The position numbers and the translations under genes are program-made. Below are positions 40,263-48,387 of a stretch of 64,000 nucleotides of DNA, piece by piece (the stretch's first letter is position 1; every line of letters starts with the position of its first letter). The DNA lies in the NCBI GenBank assembly GCA_049517435.1, contig JBEKRZ010000001.1, positions 409 to 64,408 of the forward strand, in the 5' to 3' direction. Below the pieces are notes generated by a model. The model was given only the letters and a program-made list of their open reading frames with translations. It made no database searches and was not told the DNA's origin. The DNA comes from Smithella sp. (GTDB lineage: Bacteria > Desulfobacterota > Syntrophia > Syntrophales > Smithellaceae).

Positions 40263-41022
40263 TATGAAACCTCCTTGGATATAAGATCGTTTTTATCGTG
40301 CCTTTCGATAGAAACCGGGTAAAGCATCATCCGTTAAATGGAAGAGCCGCAGGCTAAATCCCGGATCACAGCATGCGTCTTCATGATCGCAGAAAAGATC
40401 CTGATTCATTCTTTTCGCCATATCAACCGACCAGTAACAAAAAGGCGGCCATACACTAAAAAAAAATATAATACTTTGGAAAAGGTGGAAAATAATATCA
40501 CAAGAAGTGGTTTTTCGCGAGGCGCAAAAATTATTTCGTTTATTTTCATATAGATCAATATTCCCCCGCAAAAATTTAGTTGTTATTTTGTTATCCTGTT
40601 TCACTCAGCTCTTCAGCCGGATAACAGCCATATTATGGCAGTATTCCTTCTTAAGTTTTCCGGAACTCGTCACTCCATAGGAATAACAATAAGCTGCCAT
40701 TTTAAATGATAAAGGAAAAAGTCAGGAGTGCTTCAAAGAAAATATCAGCCGATAAAAATTCTTGGATAACTGCATGGCAATACCTCCTTGAAAAAATTGT
40801 TAAGAAAATTTCAATATTGCAACTTCACTTTTTCCGATAACCTAAATAACCTTAATACCCTGAAGGGCACCATGGGGTCACGTAGAGTCTCACATGAGTT
40901 GAAGACATAATAGCACTATTTATTTTTCTAAAAAATACACAGTATCATTTATCAAGGGAAGAAGTGCTTGTTGACTTCACTTGCAAGTCAGCAGAAGCAG
41001 TGCGATCAATGGTTACCCATTA

Positions 41023-41901
41023 CTAATCGAAATATGCGATAGATTCTCTACCAATTTGGTATCCGCACTGCCTGCAAATTGGCAGGATGAACATACCTCT
41101 TGAGACCTGCTTGCGGATATTATTAAAGCTTGACGATTCCCAAATCTCCTGAAGAGAATTTGTAATAAGACTGCCCATCACGTACTCTTCTAGTCCGTCG
41201 TGACAACAGAGTATGACGTTGCCATTTGATTTTACAACGCAGGTGTAGATTTTATCGCAGGGGGAATATTTTTTTATTACTCCAATATTATTTTTAAGTT
41301 CTTCTTTTCCTCTGCTCCAAAGAGCGAAATTCCGATAATCATCTCGCATATCTATTAATTCCATAGCTGAATATTCAGAGGCAATTTGAGCCAGTTCCAG
41401 CGCTTTCTTGTCTGAAGTGGGTTCATGAATGCTCACCATTATTTTATCCATACCAGCGGCGATAAGTTGTGACATTATCTTTTTTGTCAACAGATCACCG
41501 TTGGAAAAGATGACGACCGGGCAGTTCGGTAGATAATTTTTTACGAATTTAATAAATTCGCAGAGTCGCTTATCTAACAGAGGTTCATTATAGCTGTGAA
41601 GGGAAATCCTTCCTTTAAATCCCCAAGCTTTTAGGCTGAAGATGATACTCTGGAAAAGCTCTTCTGTCATAATTACACCTTGATTTAGCCGGGAGCAGTA
41701 CCAGCAGTGCCTATTACAGCGCCAGTCGGTCTCAATATTGATTGCTACCGGCAGATCACGACCATCATATAACCTCAAACGTATATAACGATTTTGTAGA
41801 ACTCGTCTAAGGTTATTTATGCTAGTTCTATATTTCTCTGGTAGGAATCTAAAAACCAGACGCTTAATAAATATTAATATTTTCATATCTATTTGACCCA
41901 C
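41023..41901 (-). CDS. Radical SAM protein with a Cys-rich (SPASM/twitch-like) C-terminus.
   Basis: It has a CNRHCWYC (CX3CX2C) motif and C-terminal cysteines (CDKIYTCVV...LCCHD...CRQCG). Its start overlaps the upstream radical SAM gene by 13 nt. Confidence 0.75.
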   Translation of the reverse strand: MGQIDMKILIFIKRLVFRFLPEKYRTSINNLRRVLQNRYIRLRLYDGRDLPVAINIETDWRCNRHCWYCSRLNQGVIMTEELFQSIIFSLKAWGFKGRISLHSYNEPLLDKRLCEFIKFVKNYLPNCPVVIFSNGDLLTKKIMSQLIAAGMDKIMVSIHEPTSDKKALELAQIASEYSAMELIDMRDDYRNFALWSRGKEELKNNIGVIKKYSPCDKIYTCVVKSNGNVILCCHDGLEEYVMGSLITNSLQEIWESSSFNNIRKQVSRGMFILPICRQCGYQIGRESIAYFD

Positions 41902-42794
41902 TCACTGATTTCCTGTTTGGAGCGTTCCCACTTATGACCAAATGATCGATTTCTTACATCGCAGTAGCGGCAAAATGGCTTTGGACAGATCAAAAAATTG
42001 AAAATTTCCGATGCTTTTTCCACACGATAAATATCCAGAAAATCCCCACTTTCGAGTTTCATGTTCGTTCCAAACCTCTTATTGAAATGACAAACATTCG
42101 GCGCAACAACGCATGCATAAAATTTCCCCTCCATCAACAATGGAAAAGTATTGACCTGAAAACATTCGATGAAGCTCTTTCTCGAATCTTGATGCCCCTC
42201 AATGTCCAGAGGGTTTTTGTAAGAATCTCTAGGAAAATTTTCGGTACCTTTATAATGCTCAAATATAACACCATGCGCCGCTGCGGTTTTCTTCATGGCT
42301 TTGTAATCTAAATTGATAGGGTATTTAGTATTAACAATGACGATATTTTGTTCGCGGCATATCCGCCAAAAATCTTCGTCTTGCCGGAGCAATAGAAGTC
42401 CGTTTGTTACAAGATGTATCAATGTTCCGGGAAAGAACAACCGTGTAGAAATCAATATTTCTTTTAGTTGCGGGTGTAGTAAAGGTTCGCCACCCATAAC
42501 TCCGATACGTGCAACATCTCCTTTCAGTATTTTTGACATTTGGGCAAGGTCTTTTTTTATGTCATCCAATGAAACAAATCTCTCATCTGCAATCGCGGCA
42601 AAATGCTCGCAACCTTTGCATTTAAGATTGCAATGGTCAAGAATGTTCAAAACAAAATATGACAGATGTTTTTGTGGTGTAAGGCGCTGTTTTGCGGTCT
42701 TTTTTAAATATACCTGTCGATATGTCATTTTGGAAACCAGTTTATGACTCAGAAAAAAACCGTCCAAAAATTGTCGCACCTTATGCTTGAACAT
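41889..42794 (-). CDS. Radical SAM protein.
   Basis: It has CNLKCKGC (CX3CX2C), GGEPLLHP, and a C-terminal CPKPFCRYC. Confidence 0.75.
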   Translation of the reverse strand: MFKHKVRQFLDGFFLSHKLVSKMTYRQVYLKKTAKQRLTPQKHLSYFVLNILDHCNLKCKGCEHFAAIADERFVSLDDIKKDLAQMSKILKGDVARIGVMGGEPLLHPQLKEILISTRLFFPGTLIHLVTNGLLLLRQDEDFWRICREQNIVIVNTKYPINLDYKAMKKTAAAHGVIFEHYKGTENFPRDSYKNPLDIEGHQDSRKSFIECFQVNTFPLLMEGKFYACVVAPNVCHFNKRFGTNMKLESGDFLDIYRVEKASEIFNFLICPKPFCRYCDVRNRSFGHKWERSKQEISEWVK

Positions 42795-42885
42795 AATGAC
42801 CTCTCGCTGGCGATTGACAAATAGCTTCCAATGTTGATTGTATTCCTTGTATAGCTGATACCTGTTATTTCTATGTACGAGTTTA

Positions 42886-43857
42886 TTATCCGCTTATATT
42901 TTTTAATAATTTTTTTCTTATTTTGCCCATGGCGAATTTAAAACCATTATTACGCCAGTATTGGAAAAAACCATATGATATTTTTGTCAAACTATGTGAA
43001 TCTATAAATCTTCGTAATTTTAAAGATTTTCGTTTTAATTTGTGAAGTCTAAACGGCGACTTTTTGAAATACTCATCCCATTCACGGACAAAATCACTGT
43101 CAAAATAAATCCAAGGCTTTTCATAGCTGGCCAAATGGATAATGCATGAAGCTTCTTTTATATTATCCCAAGATGAATAATTTGTTCCAAAATACTTGTT
43201 TATATAATCAAGAGTATACCCACCTCTATAATACATAAGAATATTATAACAACAATTATATATTATCGGCAATAATCTAACTTTCTTATCAAACACGATA
43301 TTGAAACAATCTTGATCCATAAAAGTCAATTTTTCCGCTGATTTGCGGTTATTAAACAATGCCATTGATGTATTGTTTTTCCTCATCAATTTAAGATTTA
43401 ACAGCATTACTCCGGAATTAAAATAATCTTTAATATGAAGATCATTATCAACCATTCCGATATCTTTGATCACTCCCGCATAATAATCATCGATGTCTGC
43501 TTCAAACAGATCGCTTAAGTCTTTTTGTATTATGACATCACCATCTAAATACAGCACTTTATCCTGATGGGGAATCAAATCCGGTAAATCAAATTTAAAA
43601 CAAGACGTAGAAGTAATGTGAATAAATTTAGGTATGTCTTCAAACTTTTTCAAAGATACTTTAATTATATGAATATCGGCTTTGCTTTCTCTGAATTCAT
43701 AGAACTTTTCTATTTCCATTTCTGATAAATCAGCGGCTATTATATAAATATCATAATATGTATCAGGATTCTTATTGCAAATCAAAGAAGTGATAGCAAC
43801 AACTGTCGGTATTACGTAATGGCTGTCGCAAATAAAAGCTACCGGAACCATTGTCAA
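42886..43857 (-). CDS. Glycosyltransferase family 8 (LPS/glycogenin-type retaining GT).
   Basis: It has an N-terminal VAFICDSHYVIPTVVAITS, a YLDGDVII (DxD) motif and FNSGVMLLN. It is the first gene of the minus-strand operon. Confidence 0.8.
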   Translation of the reverse strand: MTMVPVAFICDSHYVIPTVVAITSLICNKNPDTYYDIYIIAADLSEMEIEKFYEFRESKADIHIIKVSLKKFEDIPKFIHITSTSCFKFDLPDLIPHQDKVLYLDGDVIIQKDLSDLFEADIDDYYAGVIKDIGMVDNDLHIKDYFNSGVMLLNLKLMRKNNTSMALFNNRKSAEKLTFMDQDCFNIVFDKKVRLLPIIYNCCYNILMYYRGGYTLDYINKYFGTNYSSWDNIKEASCIIHLASYEKPWIYFDSDFVREWDEYFKKSPFRLHKLKRKSLKLRRFIDSHSLTKISYGFFQYWRNNGFKFAMGKIRKKLLKNISG

Positions 43858-44262
43858 ATAAATAACCTCATTATTTTTTAATACATAATATTATGACCTA
43901 TCGTCGATAGTTCATACCACATATTAAGTTAGAGCTCAGCAGTTTTTTGATTATTTCCGATTGTAATGTTGTGTGATCTGGGAAGATAAGGAAACATTGT
44001 TGCAGAAAGAGGTGCTTGTTTAGTTCAACTAATAGACATTAGTTTTACGTCTCTTTATCCCATAACCTTTTCCGGCCATCCATAATATAAGTGGTATAAC
44101 GCATTGTGCAAAAAAGTCGTATAATATAAGCCTGTCTGAATTATATTTTGTGACAGGGGAAAATATCAAAATAAGAGCAGATTTTTCAAAAGAACTGATG
44201 TCGCAATGTGCCACCACCACTATCATCGGTGCCGCACCATAGATTTTGAGACCATTTCTTAA

Positions 44263-44291
44263 TTGACATATAATTATAATTAACTTATATC
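44263..44291 (+). promoter_or_regulatory. Candidate promoter of the adenylation/carrier cassette.
   Basis: TTGACA (44263-44268), then a 17-nt spacer, then TATATC (44286-44291). It lies about 40 nt upstream of the 44331 ATG. Confidence 0.4.
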
Positions 44292-44330
44292 TCCTTTAAA
44301 AGTAAGTTCTTATCAAAGAATAATGATTAG

Positions 44331-45854
44331 ATGAATTGCCGTTCACTGAACAATAGTATTGAGGAAGTGATAAAGTGCACTGCTCATGCAGATCCGGCGG
44401 CAAGTGCTATAGTTTCTTCAAAATACAATCCACTTTCGTATTCGCAACTGGCTTGGCAGATCAACCACGTTGCCGGCACACTGAGCAAATCAGGAGTTAA
44501 AAATTCTACCCGTATTGCAATTGCTGTAAAAGATGCCGCGCCAGCCGCATTGGCAATCGTAGCTGTTGCGTGTTTTGCGGCGGCTGTTCCCCTGGATCAG
44601 AATCTGGCGGCGGCAGAAATTGAGATACGGCTCAAGCTTCTGAACATAGATGCAGTCTGCGTGCTTGACGGTGAAGATACTGCGACCAGACTTGTCGCCG
44701 AGAAGCATAGGATTCCAATAATCGAACTTGTACGGCAGGATAAGCACAAACTTTCATTTTCGATGTCTGTCCCGGAAATTTCAAATAAAATTCAACCGGA
44801 TGATGCCCCATTGGATGATGTGGCTGTCATTTTTCAAACATCCGGAACTACGGCAGAACCCAAATTAGTTCCGTGCTTCCACTCCACTTTGCTGGCCGCG
44901 GCCCAACGCACTTGTATGTGGTTCAACCTCAATAAAAATGATCGATGCCTGAGCATTGCGCCCCCCTATTACAGTCATGGCCTGACATTCACAATACTGG
45001 CGCCGCTTCTTTCGGGCGGCAGTGTGGCGTTTCCATCAAGTCCGAATGAGGTGAATTTAGTTGAATGGTTTGAGACGCTAAGCCCGACATGGTTCTCAGC
45101 ATCACCTACCATGCATTTGGCAATTTCTGAAAAATTAGCATCAACCTCATCAGGTCTGAAGCATCAACTCAGACTTGCCGGTTCCGGTGGAGCACAACTA
45201 CCGGAAAATGTGCGATCAAATTTACAGATGGCGCTGGGGATTCCTATTCTTGAACACTATGGCATGACGGAGGCCAGTCAGATTTCCACAAATTTGCCTC
45301 CGCCCGGGCCGTATAAATCAGGCACTGTCGGAATTCCGCCTAGTGATACCGTGATTATTGCCGGGAGCGGCGGCAATGCTTTGCCGCCAGGCCAAAAAGG
45401 TGAAATTTGGGTTCGCGGTCAAAATGTAATAAGGGAGTATTTGAATGGACCGGATTTGAACCAGACGGCTTTTTCCAATGGCTGGTTTCGGACAGGAGAC
45501 ATCGGCAGTTTTGACGAAGATGGCTTTTTAATGATTCACGACAGAATAAAGGAGCTCATCAATCGCGGCAGCGAAAAAATTTCACCATTTGAGATTGAAG
45601 CAATTATATTAAAACATCCTGATGTCTTGGAAGCTGTGGCCTTTGCCGTGCCGCACCCGCGTCTGGGCGAGGATGTGGCTGCCGCGGTAGTGTTACGCCC
45701 GGGGGCAATTTTGGATAATGTCGAATTCCGACGCTTTATGAGCGCGCATTTATCATGGAACAAAATTCCCAGACGAGTCCACATCATGGAAAGTATTCCG
45801 AAAGGCCTTGGTGGAAAGGCGCTGCGCAGAACACTAAGAGAACTTTATTCATGA
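44331..45854 (+). CDS. AMP-dependent synthetase/ligase (stand-alone adenylation enzyme).
   Basis: The ANL core motifs are present: FQTSGTTAEPKLV (A3), HYGMTE (A5), WFRTGDIG (A7) and PKGLGGKALR (A10 Lys). Confidence 0.88.
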   Translation: MNCRSLNNSIEEVIKCTAHADPAASAIVSSKYNPLSYSQLAWQINHVAGTLSKSGVKNSTRIAIAVKDAAPAALAIVAVACFAAAVPLDQNLAAAEIEIRLKLLNIDAVCVLDGEDTATRLVAEKHRIPIIELVRQDKHKLSFSMSVPEISNKIQPDDAPLDDVAVIFQTSGTTAEPKLVPCFHSTLLAAAQRTCMWFNLNKNDRCLSIAPPYYSHGLTFTILAPLLSGGSVAFPSSPNEVNLVEWFETLSPTWFSASPTMHLAISEKLASTSSGLKHQLRLAGSGGAQLPENVRSNLQMALGIPILEHYGMTEASQISTNLPPPGPYKSGTVGIPPSDTVIIAGSGGNALPPGQKGEIWVRGQNVIREYLNGPDLNQTAFSNGWFRTGDIGSFDEDGFLMIHDRIKELINRGSEKISPFEIEAIILKHPDVLEAVAFAVPHPRLGEDVAAAVVLRPGAILDNVEFRRFMSAHLSWNKIPRRVHIMESIPKGLGGKALRRTLRELYS

Positions 45855-46951
45855 ATAGTATGACACAGGAAAATTTGAGTGACGTTGCCTTGGAAAAAGA
45901 ACTTCTGGATATCTGGCGACGTGCGCTCAAGAATGAAAATTTGACTATCGATGACGACTTTTTTGAGTGCGGCGGGGATTCATTGCTCGCCATACAAGTG
46001 TTCCTGGAGACCGAGCAGCTCACAGGGAAATCATTGGCGAAATCAATAATATTCGAAACGGGCACTGTGCGGGTGTTGTTAAAGAAAATTATGTCAGCGG
46101 ATAAAATTAAGCCTCAGGTTTCCGTCCGAATAGGTTCTGTAAATGGAAAAATAATTCATTTTTTCCATGGCGACTTTGAATTTGGAGGAGTTTTCATTAA
46201 AGCTTTCTCCAAAATGCTTGGCAGCGATTACCTTATCCATGCGATAGCTCCCCATTTACCTCATGAAGGTAATATGCCGGACTCAATAGAAGATATGGCT
46301 AAAGAAAGATTGCCCAATATTATTGAAAAACAGCCTGATGGGCCGTATATGATACTTGGACACTGCAACGGGGCGCTGGTCGCATTTGAAACGGCAAGAC
46401 AACTTATTTTAATAGATAAGGAAGTAAAAGCCGTGGTAATGATCGATCCGGTAATAATGTCAGTCAGGAAGTCCGCACAGTTCATTTTTATAATCGCAGA
46501 CCTCTTTATGCGTCTGATGGGTTTTCATAAAAGCAAGCGTAACAAGCGCCTGATCTGGATCTGGAGAAAAATGGTAGGCTTGGATGGACTGACTAAAGAT
46601 AGCTGGTGTCGCGCTCTTTCCTTCTGTCAGGAGACCTGGCCTCAGAAACGAACATCGCTAAAAAAAATTCTGGAGTATATTGGCAACCACATCAATAACA
46701 AAGAACCCGACCATAAATCCGAAGAACAAAAAAATATAGACCAGCATTACAGAAATGTTTTATTAAACTATAGAACCCTTCAGCTGGACGTACCCGTGTT
46801 ATACATTTCTTTGGAATTTAGCGGATATGCGTGGCGGCGGATTGCCAGGAATACTGTTTATATTAATATATGCCGTGGAAAACACGACTTTTGGAATGAA
46901 GAATATTCACAAGACCTGTTCAATAAAATAAAGGATTTTATAAACCGCTGA
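45851..46951 (+). CDS. Carrier protein (PCP/ACP) fused to an alpha/beta-hydrolase thioesterase with a Cys nucleophile.
   Basis: The start is re-set to the ATG at 45851, giving an ATGA overlap with the ligase stop. It has a phosphopantetheine site FFECGGDSLLAIQV, a nucleophile elbow ILGHCNGALVA (Cys codon 46364-46366), and later Asp (VVMIDP) and His (RGKHDF) candidates. Confidence 0.8.
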   Translation: MNSMTQENLSDVALEKELLDIWRRALKNENLTIDDDFFECGGDSLLAIQVFLETEQLTGKSLAKSIIFETGTVRVLLKKIMSADKIKPQVSVRIGSVNGKIIHFFHGDFEFGGVFIKAFSKMLGSDYLIHAIAPHLPHEGNMPDSIEDMAKERLPNIIEKQPDGPYMILGHCNGALVAFETARQLILIDKEVKAVVMIDPVIMSVRKSAQFIFIIADLFMRLMGFHKSKRNKRLIWIWRKMVGLDGLTKDSWCRALSFCQETWPQKRTSLKKILEYIGNHINNKEPDHKSEEQKNIDQHYRNVLLNYRTLQLDVPVLYISLEFSGYAWRRIARNTVYINICRGKHDFWNEEYSQDLFNKIKDFINR

Positions 46952-46957
46952 TATATT

Positions 46958-47959
46958 ATGAATAAACTATCAAACAACCCCGTGTACGATATCAGTCTGT
47001 CATATCAAAAGACAGCAGCCATGAAAGCGGCAATTGAGTTGGATATTTTCACCAAAATTAGCGATCAAAATTTGAGTGTTGAGCAAATCTCGGATATTAC
47101 CGGCGCTTCGCTGCGCGGGGTGCGCATTCTGTGTGACTTTCTTTGCGCTATTGGTTTGCTGGAAAAAAACAAAAATCTCTATAACCTTTCGATGGAAGCA
47201 AAAAGATTTCTTGATCGGACATCGCCGCATTACATTGGCGATGTAATTGACTTTCTGGCTGCGCCGGAGATAGTCTCCATGATAACGGATGATCCGAAAT
47301 CTTATGTGATAAAGGGAGGGTCTTCCGGATTGACAAAGATTTCACCGGAGAGCCCTGTTTGGGTAAAATTCGCACGGGCAATGATTCCTTTCGCTTCTGT
47401 AGCGGCTAAGCGAACCACAGCCTACATTGCAAAAAAAGCAATGCAACCGCGCAAAGTATTGGATGTCGCGGCAGGACACGGTCTATTTGGCATAGAAGTG
47501 GCGAATGCTATAAAAGATGCTTTGGTTACGGCCATTGACTGGGAAAATGTTTTGGCAGTTGCCAGAAGAAATGCTGATTTAGCAGGAATGGCTGATCGAT
47601 ATAAAACAACAAGCGGTAATGCTTTAGAGATCGACTGGGGCGATAACTATGATCTTATTTTGCTGCCGAATATACTACATCATTTTGATCAAGATGGATG
47701 TATTCATCTGCTCGGCAAGGCGAAAGATTCTCTCTCTATCGATGGTTCTGTATTCGTGATAGATCTTATGCCAAATCCGGATCGTATATCGCCGCCGGAG
47801 CAGGCGGCCTTTGCTTTTCGGATGTTGGCAACGACTCCGTCAGGCGATGCCTATACTTGTGCCGAATATGAAACAATGGCCAGAGTTGCCGGATTGACTT
47901 TAGTAGACTCGATGCGGCTCCTGCCAACGCCGCAAACTCTGCTGGAATTTAAACTTTAG
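46958..47959 (+). CDS. Class I SAM-dependent O-methyltransferase (family 2 type, with an N-terminal dimerisation/wHTH domain).
   Basis: It has a SAM motif VLDVAAGHGLFG and acidic DWENV / LPNILHHF motifs. Its ~333-aa length is typical of small-molecule OMTs. Confidence 0.8.
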   Translation: MNKLSNNPVYDISLSYQKTAAMKAAIELDIFTKISDQNLSVEQISDITGASLRGVRILCDFLCAIGLLEKNKNLYNLSMEAKRFLDRTSPHYIGDVIDFLAAPEIVSMITDDPKSYVIKGGSSGLTKISPESPVWVKFARAMIPFASVAAKRTTAYIAKKAMQPRKVLDVAAGHGLFGIEVANAIKDALVTAIDWENVLAVARRNADLAGMADRYKTTSGNALEIDWGDNYDLILLPNILHHFDQDGCIHLLGKAKDSLSIDGSVFVIDLMPNPDRISPPEQAAFAFRMLATTPSGDAYTCAEYETMARVAGLTLVDSMRLLPTPQTLLEFKL

Positions 47960-48373
47960 ATGAGGAGAATTATGGGCATAAAAATATTCAAAGGCATTGA
48001 GAGCGCACACGATACTGACAATATATCCGGCATTAAGGGAATCTTAAGACTTTCATTCCTGGAAAAGGAATATATAAAGGGAAAATCATTTCACATTGCG
48101 TCGCACATTATAGAAGGCTCTTATATTCATAAGAAAGTGTGGAATTATTCACAGGCGCATAAGCACGACTTTGACGAAATAAACATGCTTATATCGGAAA
48201 AGTCCACTCTGAAATATAAACTGGAACTGGATGGAAAAGAGGAAGAAATCATTTCGCCCTCACTTATTTTTATCCCGGCCGGAACCACCCACCATGCCGA
48301 GCCGGTATGCGGAACGGGTATATTTCTATGCATCTATCTTGACACTGATGTCAAAGATGATGTAAAAATTTAA
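47960..48373 (+). CDS. Cupin-domain protein.
   Basis: A beta-barrel motif region (LIFIPAGTTHHAEPVCGTGIFLCIY) is present. The alternative start ATG at 47972 is preceded by GAGGAG. Confidence 0.5.
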   Translation: MRRIMGIKIFKGIESAHDTDNISGIKGILRLSFLEKEYIKGKSFHIASHIIEGSYIHKKVWNYSQAHKHDFDEINMLISEKSTLKYKLELDGKEEEIISPSLIFIPAGTTHHAEPVCGTGIFLCIYLDTDVKDDVKI

Positions 48374-48387
48374 TGGAGTAATTTTCT

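Noticed and set aside
40293-40604. The 103-aa ORF as a real gene, as a RiPP precursor (MAKRMNQDLFCDHEDACCDPGF...), or as a selenoprotein read through the in-frame TGA at 40605-40607.
   Set aside because: It has no SD sequence before either start, odd low-complexity composition, no recognisable leader or core pattern, and no SECIS-like hairpin that I could see. It is kept only as part of the finding on the 40263-41022 gap, not called as a feature.
44029-44226. 65-aa ORF in the divergent promoter region between GT8 and the adenylating enzyme.
   Set aside because: It has no RBS and no recognisable domain, and it sits in a region better explained as promoter/spacer plus the duplicated cysNC-3'-like segment.
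45755-45850. N-terminal 32 codons of track ORF 45755..46951.
   Set aside because: The extension overlaps the 3' end of the adenylating enzyme. The ATG at 45851 gives the classic ATGA stop/start coupling, and the carrier-domain sequence begins there.
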